From: Pyrinomonadaceae bacterium | GTDB taxonomy: Bacteria > Acidobacteriota > Blastocatellia > Pyrinomonadales > Pyrinomonadaceae | DNA length: 64,000 nt | Reading direction: 5' to 3' | Assembly: GCA_046313635.1 (NCBI GenBank) | Contig: JBKBYA010000001.1 | Coordinates: 416,001 to 480,000, forward strand | In this document: piece after piece, positions 54,098 through 63,594 of the stretch | How positions within the stretch are numbered: position 1 is the stretch's first letter | How the letters are laid out: the number at the start of each line of letters is the position of its first letter | The notes under the pieces: model-generated | The model's input: the letters and a program-made list of their open reading frames with translations, nothing else | The model's database searches: none | Told to the model about the DNA's origin: nothing | Program-made: the position numbers and the translations under genes

Positions 54098-55978
54098 TCA
54101 TCGCCTCAGCAGCTCGTAGCCCTGCAGCCGGCTGCCGTCGGCGGTGATGAGCATCTCGCCGGTCTCATCGGTCAGGAATCGCGGGTCGGGGTCGGACGCG
54201 AGCACAAAACGCGCGTCGCGGCCGGTGTGGACGTTTACGCCGACCAGCCCCTTTTGCCCGAAGGGCTTTGGCAGCTCGGTGTAGAAATACATATGGCTGC
54301 CGCGCAGCTCGGCGAGGCGCTTGCGGCGGAGAAGGTAGTCCGACAGACGCTCGGCGTAGCGGGTCGGGTCGAGGCGGTCGAGCACACTCTCTCGCGCTTC
54401 GCTGGCTGCGGAGCGCGCGGCTCGTCCGCCGATGGACGCCGCGCCGGGGCGCTCGATCTGTAGTCCGGAAAGCCGCGCGACGTTTGGGCCGAGCCGCGAC
54501 AGCGCGCCGTAGCTGTAAATGCGGCCTGATACGTAGCTTCTTGCCGAGCCCGCGGCGAGCGATGTCAGGTCGACGGACGAAAAGCGCGCCGCGAGGCCCG
54601 ACCATCGAAATGAATTTGCCGCGCTCGCGAGATTCAGCCCGCCGCGCGCGAGTCCGACCGCAGACGTCACCGGCCCCGCGTACCTGAAGTAGAGCGCCGC
54701 CGCGCGCAAAGCGATGCCGCCGATGACGCGCAGAGCGCCGCGGCCGGGAGCCTTGTGCCGGACGCGCCATCTCTCAGTGCCGCCGCCGCGGGCGAATGCG
54801 GCGATCTCGTCGCGTCCGCCGACCACGGCTTCGCCGCTCTCATTCACGAGGACGAAGCGGGCGCTTTCGACGCCGTGCTCCAGCCTCGCGCGACGCTCGC
54901 CGCTGCGGGCGTCGAGCGTGATCAGGTCGTCGCGGTCGGCAAGGATGACCGTCCGGCCCTCGTCGGCGAAGGCGAGATTCGTTATGCCCTTGTCCGCGCC
55001 TTTGTAACGCCAGACGGTGTCGCCCGTTTTGACGTCGATCGCTGAGACGCCGAAAGGACCTTTTGATTCGGTCTCGCCGTCCTTGAGCCGTGTGAATTGC
55101 CCGCCCGTTCGAGCAAACAGCCGGTCGCCGATGAGCACCATTTCTGCGACCGTACCGAGATCGTCTGCCTTCCAGACGACGCTGCCCGTGCGGCGGTCGA
55201 CCGCGCGGATGCGGCCGCGGCCCGAGATGTAAACGCTGCGGTCGTCGTAAACCGGATCGGCCTCAGTGAGCGCGAGGCCGCTCTCGTTGATGCGAAACTT
55301 TTCGCGTTCCTTTTCCCTGCCGGTCCGCGCGTCAAAGCTCGTCACGCCGTCGTAAAAGAGAAACAGCCGCCCGTCGAGCAGCAGCGGCGCGCGATAGTTG
55401 TCGAGCGTGTACGAGATGTCGCCGACGCCCTCGCCAAATCTTGCAGGCATCATTGCGACGTCTGAGTCGAGCTCGCGCTTCCACAGCTCGTCGCCCGTCG
55501 ATATTCGCAAAACGTGGACGATAGGCGTGCCTTTGAATTCGCGTCCGGCATCGCCGCGCACTTTGCGGACGAGCACGACCGCGAGCAGGTCGTTTGACGG
55601 CTCGGCCGCGAGCTGCAGGACGTCGCCCTTTATCTTTTCGCTCTGCCAGATCCGCTCGCCGGTCAGCACGTCGAGGGCCTCGACCCGAGACTTGTCGCCG
55701 AGGTCGCGCGAGAGGAGTATCAGGTCGGTGCCGGGTACGGGCGTGATGCCGGTCTCGCCGATGCGACCGGTCCCGAGTCGCCAGATCTGCGCGCCTGTCT
55801 GACTGTCGATCGCGTACAGCGAACGTTCGGTCGCCGCGAGCACGATGCCGAAATCCGTCGGCTGATAAAACCGTATCTCCGAATCGAGCCGCGCCTGCCA
55901 GGCCGCATTCGACTGCGCCGACACGGCGGTGAGAGTGAGACCTAATAACGCAAAAAGGTAAACCGCGACCTTGAACAT
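54098..55978 (-). CDS. Exported PQQ-like beta-propeller protein
   Basis: Repeated A.D..TG...W blades; start ATG 55978 (MFKVAVYL). Confidence 0.85.
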   Translation of the reverse strand: MFKVAVYLFALLGLTLTAVSAQSNAAWQARLDSEIRFYQPTDFGIVLAATERSLYAIDSQTGAQIWRLGTGRIGETGITPVPGTDLILLSRDLGDKSRVEALDVLTGERIWQSEKIKGDVLQLAAEPSNDLLAVVLVRKVRGDAGREFKGTPIVHVLRISTGDELWKRELDSDVAMMPARFGEGVGDISYTLDNYRAPLLLDGRLFLFYDGVTSFDARTGREKEREKFRINESGLALTEADPVYDDRSVYISGRGRIRAVDRRTGSVVWKADDLGTVAEMVLIGDRLFARTGGQFTRLKDGETESKGPFGVSAIDVKTGDTVWRYKGADKGITNLAFADEGRTVILADRDDLITLDARSGERRARLEHGVESARFVLVNESGEAVVGGRDEIAAFARGGGTERWRVRHKAPGRGALRVIGGIALRAAALYFRYAGPVTSAVGLARGGLNLASAANSFRWSGLAARFSSVDLTSLAAGSARSYVSGRIYSYGALSRLGPNVARLSGLQIERPGAASIGGRAARSAASEARESVLDRLDPTRYAERLSDYLLRRKRLAELRGSHMYFYTELPKPFGQKGLVGVNVHTGRDARFVLASDPDPRFLTDETGEMLITADGSRLQGYELLRR

Positions 55979-56014
55979 ATTGGAATTGTAGACCGGTCGG
56001 ACGGGGAGTGCGAT

Positions 56015-56092
56015 ATTGCGGATTTCGGATTTCGGATTGTGGATTGCGGATTGCGGTTTTGATTCCGCATTCCGCACTCCGCGTTCCGCAAT
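56015..56092. repeat. Heptamer-periodic inverted repeat
   Basis: About 6 x ATTKCGG followed by about 4 x TTCCGCA. Confidence 0.8.
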
Positions 56093-56095
56093 TTG

Positions 56096-57247
56096 TTATT
56101 CGATCCGGTACGCGCGGTTGTCGTGCATGACGACTATTACGCCGTCGAGCTTGCGGGCGATGTCTCGAAGTTTGTCGGGGAGTTTTTTGAAGTCCTCGGT
56201 GCCTCGCGCGACGCGGGTCGTCGCGGCACCGCGATACTCGAGGTCGTACCAGACGCCTTCGCGAAATTCGAAATTCTTGCCCTCGACGCGGCGACGAAAT
56301 ACGGCCGCGTCGTTGGCCGACTGGCGGGCCATATTCTCGGCCGCGCTCTGCTGCTGACGCGGGCCGGCCTTTGCAGCCGAACGCATCTTCAGCTCGGTAG
56401 TATTGCGGGCGGTCATCGGCAGCTCGGCGACCTGACTCGAGCTGACGACGCTGTTTGCGGCGGCACGCTCCTCGGCACCGTCGATCTGGACCTCGGCCCT
56501 TTTGGCCTTATCGTCATCGGCCTTTTCGCCGGGGTTCGCGACGGAAAGCGTCTTTGGCGCCTCGGCCTGCGTCACGGCGGCGACCGGCGGAGCGGCCGCG
56601 GTATCGGCAGCCGCGACGCTGCGTTTATCGGCGTCGGCGCGAGGCTCGGCCGGTGCGGAGGGAGGCTGCTCGGCAGCGTTTGCGGCGCCGACCGCGATGC
56701 CGGCCCGCTCGAGATCGCCGACCGGCGCACCTTGTGCGACATTCGCGGCGGAATTTGCGTTGGTCGTCGAGATCGTCGATGTCGAGGCGTTCGACATCGA
56801 GAGGGCCGGCTCATGCTCGGTCGTGCGCGCGATCTGCGTCTCGCGCGACGCGCCGCCGTTCAAAACAAGATAGACCGCAAAGCCGCTGAAGATCAGCACG
56901 AGAGCTCCCATCGCGTAGGCGAGGCCCGGCACTGCAAACAGTCGCCGCCACCAGGGAACCGCCGCCGCTGCGTCTGCAGCCTGCGCGCCGGGGTCCGCGA
57001 CGACGGCGTGCTCGACATCCGAAACGGCCGCAAAAGCGGCCAGCATCGTCCGGCAGCGGGCGCAGTCGGCGAGATGTTCGACGTAGAGCGCACGGGCGTG
57101 CTGCGGCAGCGCATTCTCGGCAAACGCCGACAGCTCGTCGGCGTCGAGATGCGAGCCCGCGACGCCGGCCTTAGCCGCCGCGTCATCGACCCGCGCGGCC
57201 CCGCCGCGAAGCAATGCGTCTATCTCCTTGTCGAATTCAAGCTGCAT
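56096..57247 (-). CDS. Zinc-binding (zf-HC2) transmembrane anti-sigma factor
   Basis: HLADCARC, single TM helix, adjacent to the ECF sigma gene. Confidence 0.85.
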   Translation of the reverse strand: MQLEFDKEIDALLRGGAARVDDAAAKAGVAGSHLDADELSAFAENALPQHARALYVEHLADCARCRTMLAAFAAVSDVEHAVVADPGAQAADAAAAVPWWRRLFAVPGLAYAMGALVLIFSGFAVYLVLNGGASRETQIARTTEHEPALSMSNASTSTISTTNANSAANVAQGAPVGDLERAGIAVGAANAAEQPPSAPAEPRADADKRSVAAADTAAAPPVAAVTQAEAPKTLSVANPGEKADDDKAKRAEVQIDGAEERAAANSVVSSSQVAELPMTARNTTELKMRSAAKAGPRQQQSAAENMARQSANDAAVFRRRVEGKNFEFREGVWYDLEYRGAATTRVARGTEDFKKLPDKLRDIARKLDGVIVVMHDNRAYRIE

Positions 57248-57255
57248 GTTCTATT

Positions 57256-57362
57256 GAGTGACGAGTGACGAGTGACAAGTGACGAGTGGCGACCGAGGCG
57301 TTACCGCGCATCGTTCGACATTCGACATTCGAAATTCATCCTTCATCCCTCATCCCTCATCC
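57256..57362. repeat. Heptamer arrays between sigma and anti-sigma genes
   Basis: 5 x GAGTGAC-like units (57256-57290); 7 x TTCGACA/TTCATCC-like units (57314-57362). Confidence 0.8.
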
Positions 57363-57367
57363 CTTCT

Positions 57368-58333
57368 TCAGAACGCCCTCGTCAGCGCGTCTTGCACGAC
57401 CGCTGCGGCGACGAGCACGGCAAACATCTTTTCGATCCCGACGCCGAGGCTGGTCGCGGCGTCGGCGAGATATTTCTTGACCTCCACATCGCTCCAGCCG
57501 TGCTGCGAACGGAGGCTTTTCTCGACGCGTTTGCGGATCTCGTTCTGGATGCGCACGAGCCTGCGGCTCGCGGTCGCCTCGTGATAGCCAAACATCGCAC
57601 CGATCTCTTTGAGCTTGAGCTCGTCGAAATAGTAGAGCTTGAGCACGAGCCGGTCCTCGGCCTCGAGCGACGCGATCGAATCGCGTAACGCCGCCGTCAC
57701 ATCGGCCGCCGTGCGCTTATCGGTCAGCGCCTGCTCGGGGCTGTCGGCGTGATGGACGATCCCCTGGTTGCCGTTTTGATGTGCGGACTCCTCGGCGAGA
57801 TTCTCAAATTCGCGCGGCTCCTCGATCTGGACGAGACGCGACTGCTTACGGTACTCGTCGATGCCGAGCTGCGAGACGATCGCGCGGAGCCAGCCGCCAA
57901 GCGAGCCGCGCCCCGAATAGTACGCGAGCTTGCTCTTGCTTTTGCCGTCGGCGTCGGTTCGCAGGCCGTGAAGCTCGGCCCAGATCGAGCCGGCGAGATC
58001 GTCGGCGTCCTCCGAGTTTGAGCAGATCTTGCGCGCCGCCGAGCGGACGGTCGAGTCGTATCGCGCGACGAGATCTTCCCAGGCCTTTTCGACGCCGCGT
58101 TCGCATGCGAGAACGAGGCACATCTCGTCGGCGTGGATCTCGTCGACAAAGGCCGCGACGTCGCGCGCGTCGGCCGCCGGAGTCCTGCCAAAGAGATACT
58201 TTTCGAGCGAATGCTCGACACGTTCACGCAGATCGCCGGCATCGAGGCCGTACGATTCGCCGGCCCGCGACAGGAGCCGCGAGACGGCGTCGTCGATCGT
58301 GCGGCGATGAGTTTTGACGAGGTCGGCGGACAT
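57368..58333 (-). CDS. ECF-type sigma-70 factor
   Basis: Region 2 (AWEDLV...DADDLAGSIW...YSGRGSLGGWLR) and region 4 (LKLKEIGAMFGYHEATASRRL). Confidence 0.88.
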   Translation of the reverse strand: MSADLVKTHRRTIDDAVSRLLSRAGESYGLDAGDLRERVEHSLEKYLFGRTPAADARDVAAFVDEIHADEMCLVLACERGVEKAWEDLVARYDSTVRSAARKICSNSEDADDLAGSIWAELHGLRTDADGKSKSKLAYYSGRGSLGGWLRAIVSQLGIDEYRKQSRLVQIEEPREFENLAEESAHQNGNQGIVHHADSPEQALTDKRTAADVTAALRDSIASLEAEDRLVLKLYYFDELKLKEIGAMFGYHEATASRRLVRIQNEIRKRVEKSLRSQHGWSDVEVKKYLADAATSLGVGIEKMFAVLVAAAVVQDALTRAF

Positions 58334-58387
58334 TCAGGGCTCGCAAAAGTCTATCAAAAGACGACGCTCAATGCTTATGATTGAGCA

Positions 58388-59269
58388 ATGATCCAGGAAA
58401 TCGAACACAGTGACTTCGGGCCGTCGCTGCGCCTTGCGAACGGCGATGCGGAGCTGATCGTGCCGACCTCGTTCGGGCCGCGCATCCTGCACTACGCGTT
58501 CGATGGCGGAGACAACGTCCTCGGTTGGCATCCGCACGCGGCGGTCGAGACCGAGCTCGGCGAATGGCGGCCGTACGGCGGTCACCGGCTGTGGCTCGCA
58601 CCCGAGAATTTTCCGCTCTCGTACGCGCCTGACGGCGACGCGATCGAGTACGCGATCGAGGGCGAGAGCTCGGTTCGTCTGACGCGCCTCTCGGACGCGG
58701 CCGGCGTGCAGAAGGAGATCGTCGTAACGCTCGCCGATGCGGGCACCGAGGTCACGATCGACAATCGTCTCACCGCGACGCGTTCGGATGAGCCCGCGGA
58801 ATTTGCGGCCTGGGCGCTGACGATCATGCGGCCGGGCGGCGAGGCCGTCGTGCCGAACGAGCCTTTTGCGCCGTACGGCCGCGACACGCTTTTGCCCGTG
58901 CGCTCGATGGCGCTATGGTCGTACACCGATCTCACCGATCCGCGATGGAGCATCGACAAAGACCACATCGAGCTGCGCTGCGACGAGTCGATCGGGTCGC
59001 AGCAGAAATTCGGCGTGCTCAACACGCGCGGCTGGGCGGCGTATCGTTTGCCCGACGTCACATTCGTCAAGCGCTACGACTATCTCGAGGGCGCGCCGTA
59101 TCCCGATATGAACTCGAACACAGAGGTCTACACCGCCGGCGGCTTTGTCGAGCTCGAGACGCTCTCGCCGCTCGTCAAGGCCGAGCCCGGCAAGACGATC
59201 GTTCACCGCGAGACGTGGGAGCTGCGTACGGGCGACGCCGTGGCAGAGCTGCTGTCGGAGAACGTTTGA
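58388..59269 (+). CDS. Hypothetical protein, galactose-mutarotase-like fold
   Basis: FGPRI, YGGHRLWLAPE, FVELETLSP; fold is inferred. Confidence 0.7.
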   Translation: MIQEIEHSDFGPSLRLANGDAELIVPTSFGPRILHYAFDGGDNVLGWHPHAAVETELGEWRPYGGHRLWLAPENFPLSYAPDGDAIEYAIEGESSVRLTRLSDAAGVQKEIVVTLADAGTEVTIDNRLTATRSDEPAEFAAWALTIMRPGGEAVVPNEPFAPYGRDTLLPVRSMALWSYTDLTDPRWSIDKDHIELRCDESIGSQQKFGVLNTRGWAAYRLPDVTFVKRYDYLEGAPYPDMNSNTEVYTAGGFVELETLSPLVKAEPGKTIVHRETWELRTGDAVAELLSENV

Positions 59270-59312
59270 GCGGCTCCTGCCGGGTGTGCGACATTACAAA
59301 CGACGAGGCACT

Positions 59313-59837
59313 ATGGAGTTTAAGATCAGCGATGCCGTGAACATTCTCGAGCGGACGCCCGCGACGCTCAATTCGATGCTTCTGGATCTGCCCGGCGAAT
59401 GGACGTCGTCGAATGAAGGCGAGGGAAGCTGGAGCCCTTTTGACATCGTCGGTCACCTGATCCACGGCGAAGAGGCCGACTGGATACCGCGGGCGCGGAC
59501 GATACTCGATCGCGGCGAAGAGGCGACGTTCGAGCCCTTCGATCGGGAGGCGATGTTCACGGCTTCGAAGGGACGAACGATGCCGGAGCTGCTCGCGACA
59601 TTTGTAGAGCTCAGACGCCGCAGTCTCGAGTCGCTCGAGCAGATGAAGCTCACGGACGAGCTGCTCTCGCGGCGCGGCACGCACCCCGAGTTCGGCACGG
59701 TCACGCTCGGCCAGCTTATCTCGACATGGGTCGTCCACGACCACGCGCACATCGCCCAGATCGCCCGCGTACTCGCCAAACAGTACCGCGAAGCCGTCGG
59801 CCCGTGGCGTGCCTATCTGTCGATCCTCGACAGATAG
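59313..59837 (+). CDS. DinB family protein
   Basis: WSPFDIVGHLIHGE, HDHAHIAQI metal triad; GAGG RBS. Confidence 0.88.
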   Translation: MEFKISDAVNILERTPATLNSMLLDLPGEWTSSNEGEGSWSPFDIVGHLIHGEEADWIPRARTILDRGEEATFEPFDREAMFTASKGRTMPELLATFVELRRRSLESLEQMKLTDELLSRRGTHPEFGTVTLGQLISTWVVHDHAHIAQIARVLAKQYREAVGPWRAYLSILDR

Positions 59838-60089
59838 CCCAGAGCCGTGATCACGCGACGAAACGAGGAATCTGTCGTGCCGGGCGCACGCAGTTTTTGA
59901 GATCGTCGAACGATTTAACGCGGCCAGTTCAACAGACTCAGAAGTTCAAGGATCCCCTGCGGCGCTCGTTCAATGCAAAGGTAGGCGTCGGGTCAGCGGA
60001 AGTAGGAGTTGCGCGAGACGATGAGGCGAACAGTAAGTATTATTGTCACTCTCTCTCGTCCGACAAAGAGAGCTGTTCGTAAATATCCC

Positions 60090-60818
60090 ATGCGTTCATT
60101 TCTTGTTTTAGTTCTTGGCCTCGCTATGATGGGCTGCTCACCTGACACTAAGCCGAGCGTTGAATCCGCCGCTCCCGTCACCGGCTCGACGGCCACGCCG
60201 CCTGAAGTCTCAGGACCGATGGACAAGTGCGAGAATATTGCCAGCATTATCGGGGCTGCCGAAATAGGTTTTGACGAATCGACGGTGCTTTACTTTTTTG
60301 AGGGCCCGGATTCGCGGTTTCCTCCGGCTCAAACGATCAGGTTTTACAACGATACAAACCTAAAGATGCTCAGTTTTCGGGCAGAGGGCAGTCGGCCGTA
60401 TTTTGAGCTGGACCCCGAAAGGCACAAGTTGGACTACTCGCTCTTCGATCTAGCCGTGAAGGATCGCCGGAGCGGCTGGCTCGAGGTCGTTGTCGGCAAG
60501 CAAAGTGATGAGACTCTTTGGTTAAAGGAAAGCAAGGTCGTGAGATTCAGGGACTGGCTTGCTCGAATGAAGGAGGCCTTTGCGGTCGGACGCAAAAATC
60601 CCCGATCCAATCCGCTTCGTGCGGAGCCGAACGCAGATGCAGAAGAAATCACCTTCGCCGGCAGCGATTGTTTCAAGGTCAGACAAATGAAAGGCGATTG
60701 GGTTCGCGTAGAGCTCCAGAAGCACTGCAGTGAAGGCAACGAGCGGTCAGTGTCTGGCTGGATCCGCTGGCGGGACGAGAATAGCTGTTTATTGATCGAT
60801 ATCTTTCCCTTTGCGTGA
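60090..60818 (+). CDS. Lipoprotein with SH3-like C-terminal domain
   Basis: LAMMGC lipobox; LRAEPN...GDWVRV...GWI. Confidence 0.7.
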   Translation: MRSFLVLVLGLAMMGCSPDTKPSVESAAPVTGSTATPPEVSGPMDKCENIASIIGAAEIGFDESTVLYFFEGPDSRFPPAQTIRFYNDTNLKMLSFRAEGSRPYFELDPERHKLDYSLFDLAVKDRRSGWLEVVVGKQSDETLWLKESKVVRFRDWLARMKEAFAVGRKNPRSNPLRAEPNADAEEITFAGSDCFKVRQMKGDWVRVELQKHCSEGNERSVSGWIRWRDENSCLLIDIFPFA

Positions 60819-60870
60819 CGGCAAGCTTTCCGGCCGGAAGCGGCCTGATCAATTGTCCTCTTCTCTAACC

Positions 60871-61884
60871 TCATCGCAGATTCTTCCGCAGGAACGAGAT
60901 TATCTTGTAGCCGTCCAGATACACCCACGGCTTTTCGCCGAGTGTGTAATGTCCGCAGGGCATTTTGACCTCGCTGTGCTTGATGTGACGGCGGCGAAGC
61001 TCGCGTATGACCTCGCGAGAAAGATCGACCGGGAAGCTCAGGTCGTAGAGCGTGTAAATGTAACGCTGCGGCCGCGGCGGCAGCGCGGCGAGCTTGTCCA
61101 TGTAGGCGAGCGGCGAGATCGGGAGCCAGTATTCGCGCAGCTCGTCGAGCTCGACGTTGTCGCCGAGCCCGGCGCGAACGTGATAGGTCGAGAGGCCTTC
61201 CCAAACGACATCGGCGACGTAGCCCGAGACGTGATTAAAGACGGCCGCGTCGATCCGCATATCGTGCACAAAGGCAAAAAATCCCACGCACGAACCGATG
61301 CTGGTCCCGACGATCCCGACCTTCTCGTAACCCTGTCCTTTAAGCCACGCGACGGCAGAGCGCGTGTCGACGACCGACTGCCTGAGCGACTGGAGCGTGC
61401 GGCCGACATTCGGCACGACGAGATAATCGGCGCGGTCGAGCTCGGGCGGCATACGCTCCTCGTGGTACGGCAGCGTGAGCCGCAGCGACGAGAGGCCGAC
61501 CTTGTTAAAAAAGCGGCAGAGGTCGAAATACGTTCCGGCCTTTGCGTTCCAATGCGGCAGCACGATGACCGCCGACCGGCGGTTGGTCTCGTGCGGAAAG
61601 TACCGGGCGTAAACGGTGTTGTTCTCTGCGGAGGGCGTCGTCACGGCCGAGGGCCACGTCAAGGCGTCGCCGCTCATCTCGCACTCGGGCAGGCCGGGAT
61701 CGAAGAAAAACTCCTCGCTGCTAGCGATCGTCTTTTTTGAATATTCGGCAAACAGCTCGCGCGGGTCGGCGCCGTTCGGGTCGTCGGTGATGAACTCCGT
61801 TCCCCACTCGAATGGCCGCACGACGCGATGCGCGTTCAGCATCGCAAAGTAGCGTTCCCGTTTGTGAAAGTATCGTTTGAGCAT
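60871..61884 (-). CDS. Alpha/beta hydrolase (ABHD18-like)
   Basis: GTSIG nucleophile elbow, YDL, CGHY. Confidence 0.8.
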   Translation of the reverse strand: MLKRYFHKRERYFAMLNAHRVVRPFEWGTEFITDDPNGADPRELFAEYSKKTIASSEEFFFDPGLPECEMSGDALTWPSAVTTPSAENNTVYARYFPHETNRRSAVIVLPHWNAKAGTYFDLCRFFNKVGLSSLRLTLPYHEERMPPELDRADYLVVPNVGRTLQSLRQSVVDTRSAVAWLKGQGYEKVGIVGTSIGSCVGFFAFVHDMRIDAAVFNHVSGYVADVVWEGLSTYHVRAGLGDNVELDELREYWLPISPLAYMDKLAALPPRPQRYIYTLYDLSFPVDLSREVIRELRRRHIKHSEVKMPCGHYTLGEKPWVYLDGYKIISFLRKNLR

Positions 61885-61928
61885 TTAGTGCGAATGCGCG
61901 CGTCGGGCGGTTTCGTTATCCAAAGTGT

Positions 61929-62065
61929 TTTTTGAAAGCGGATGAAGCGGATCGGGCGGAAAAGGCCGGATCGGACCGGAAATTTGATTTGTTTGTAACG
62001 CGGTATCCTAATGCGATCTTCAGATCCGTGCTATCCGTTCCATCCGCTTCATCCGCTTTCAAAAA
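61929..62065. repeat. 9-nt periodic inverted repeat with perfect 24-bp termini
   Basis: TTTTTGAAAGCGGATGAAGCGGAT (61929-61952) and its exact reverse complement (62042-62065). Confidence 0.85.
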
Positions 62066-62085
62066 TGCACAGCCGCGGCAGGCCG

Positions 62086-63243
62086 CTACGTTCCCGCGGC
62101 CCCGGCCATGTTTCGACGCGCCTCGTCGATCACCTTTTCATAAAACGCGATGTACTGCGGGATGACGATCTCGGTCGCGTAACGCTGCACGGCGAGCTCG
62201 CGGCCGCGGCGGCCGAATTCGCGGCACAGCTCGTCGCACGAGAGCAGGCGGATCGCGTCGTCGGCCATCTTTTCGGTATCGCCGACGTCGCTCAGATATC
62301 CGCTCTCGCCGTCGTTCACGACCTCGGGTATGCCGCCGATGCGCGTCGCGATGACCGGCACCTCGCACGCCTGCGCCTCGAGCGCCGCGAGACCGAAAGA
62401 TTCTAATTCGGACGGCAGCAAAAACAGGTCGGAGATGCCGAGATAGTCGGGAATATTCGCCTGCTTGCCGACGAAGACGACGTCGTTGGCGACGCCGAGC
62501 TTTTCGGCGCGGTAGCGGCAGGCGGTGAGCTCGGGGCCGTCGCCGACCATGACGAGGCGCGAATTTGCGATCTCACGCTTTACCCGTGCAAATATCTCGA
62601 CGCAGTCGGCCGGGCGCTTAACTGCGCGAAAGTTAGAGACGTGCGTCAGCAGCCTTTCGCCATTCGGCGCGAGATCCGACTTGAGCCGCGACTCGTCGAT
62701 CCGCCGATAGTGCTTTGGGCAGATGAAGTTTGGTATCACCTCGACCTCGTCAAAGTCGAAGGTCTCGATCGTCGCCTTTTGCAGAAACTTTGAAACGGCC
62801 GTCACGCCGTCAGACTGCTGCAGCGCGTAGCGCGTGATCGGCAGATACGAGCGGTCTGCTCCGACGAGCGTAATGTCGGTGCCGTGCAGCGTCGTAATGA
62901 CCGGGACGCAGCGTTTTTGCTTGATCGACTCGCGCGCGAGTATCGCCGAGATCGAATGCGGTATCGCATAATGAACGTGCAGCAGGTCGAGCTTTTCGGC
63001 CCGCGCGACCGTGGCCATTTTGGTCGCGAGCGCGAGGTCGTACGGCTGATGCTCAAACAGCGGATACGTCATCATCTCGACCTCGTGAAAGTGAACGCGC
63101 TCATTCAGCTCCGTGACGCGCGTCGGCAAAACGGACGAGATGAAATGCACGTTGTGCCCGCGCTCCGCCAACTCGCGCCCAAGCTCGGAACCGACGATCC
63201 CGCTGCCGCCATAGGTCGGATATACCGTGATGCCGATGTTCAT
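62086..63243 (-). CDS. bshA: N-acetyl-alpha-D-glucosaminyl L-malate synthase
   Basis: IGITVYPTYGGSG, HVHYAIPH, TTLHGTDIT, SNFRAVKR, ESFGLAALEA. Confidence 0.93.
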   Translation of the reverse strand: MNIGITVYPTYGGSGIVGSELGRELAERGHNVHFISSVLPTRVTELNERVHFHEVEMMTYPLFEHQPYDLALATKMATVARAEKLDLLHVHYAIPHSISAILARESIKQKRCVPVITTLHGTDITLVGADRSYLPITRYALQQSDGVTAVSKFLQKATIETFDFDEVEVIPNFICPKHYRRIDESRLKSDLAPNGERLLTHVSNFRAVKRPADCVEIFARVKREIANSRLVMVGDGPELTACRYRAEKLGVANDVVFVGKQANIPDYLGISDLFLLPSELESFGLAALEAQACEVPVIATRIGGIPEVVNDGESGYLSDVGDTEKMADDAIRLLSCDELCREFGRRGRELAVQRYATEIVIPQYIAFYEKVIDEARRNMAGAAGT

Positions 63244-63251
63244 CAGGTTCT

Positions 63252-63594
63252 AGTCTAGCGAGTCTGGAGAGTCTGTCGAGTCGGGAGAGTCCGGCAAGTC
63301 TGTCGAGTCGATATAGTCTATCGAGAGTCTATCGAGTCTATCGGGTCGATATAGTCTATCGAGTCTATCGAGACGATTCCCTACACAGACTCCGACCGAC
63401 TCGACCGACTCGACAGACTCCGACCGACTCGACAGACTCCGACCGACTCCGACCGACTCGACAGACTCCGACCGACTCGACAGACTCGACAGACTCGACA
63501 GACCCGACAGACTCGACAGACTCGACAGACTCGACAGACTCGACAGACCCGACAGACTCGACCGACTCGACAGACTCGACCGACTCGCTAGACT
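63252..63594. repeat. Large inverted array of 9-nt tandem repeats
   Basis: About 13 x AGTCTRTCG (63252-63370), then about 22 x CGACAGACT (63385-63594); outermost 13 bp perfectly complementary. Confidence 0.9.

Noticed and set aside
55979..56077. N-terminal extension of the PQQ-like ORF
   Set aside because: Translates the heptamer repeat; the signal peptide starts at ATG 55978
63252..63594. CRISPR array
   Set aside because: 9-nt tandem units with no unique spacers, arranged as inverted arms; no cas genes
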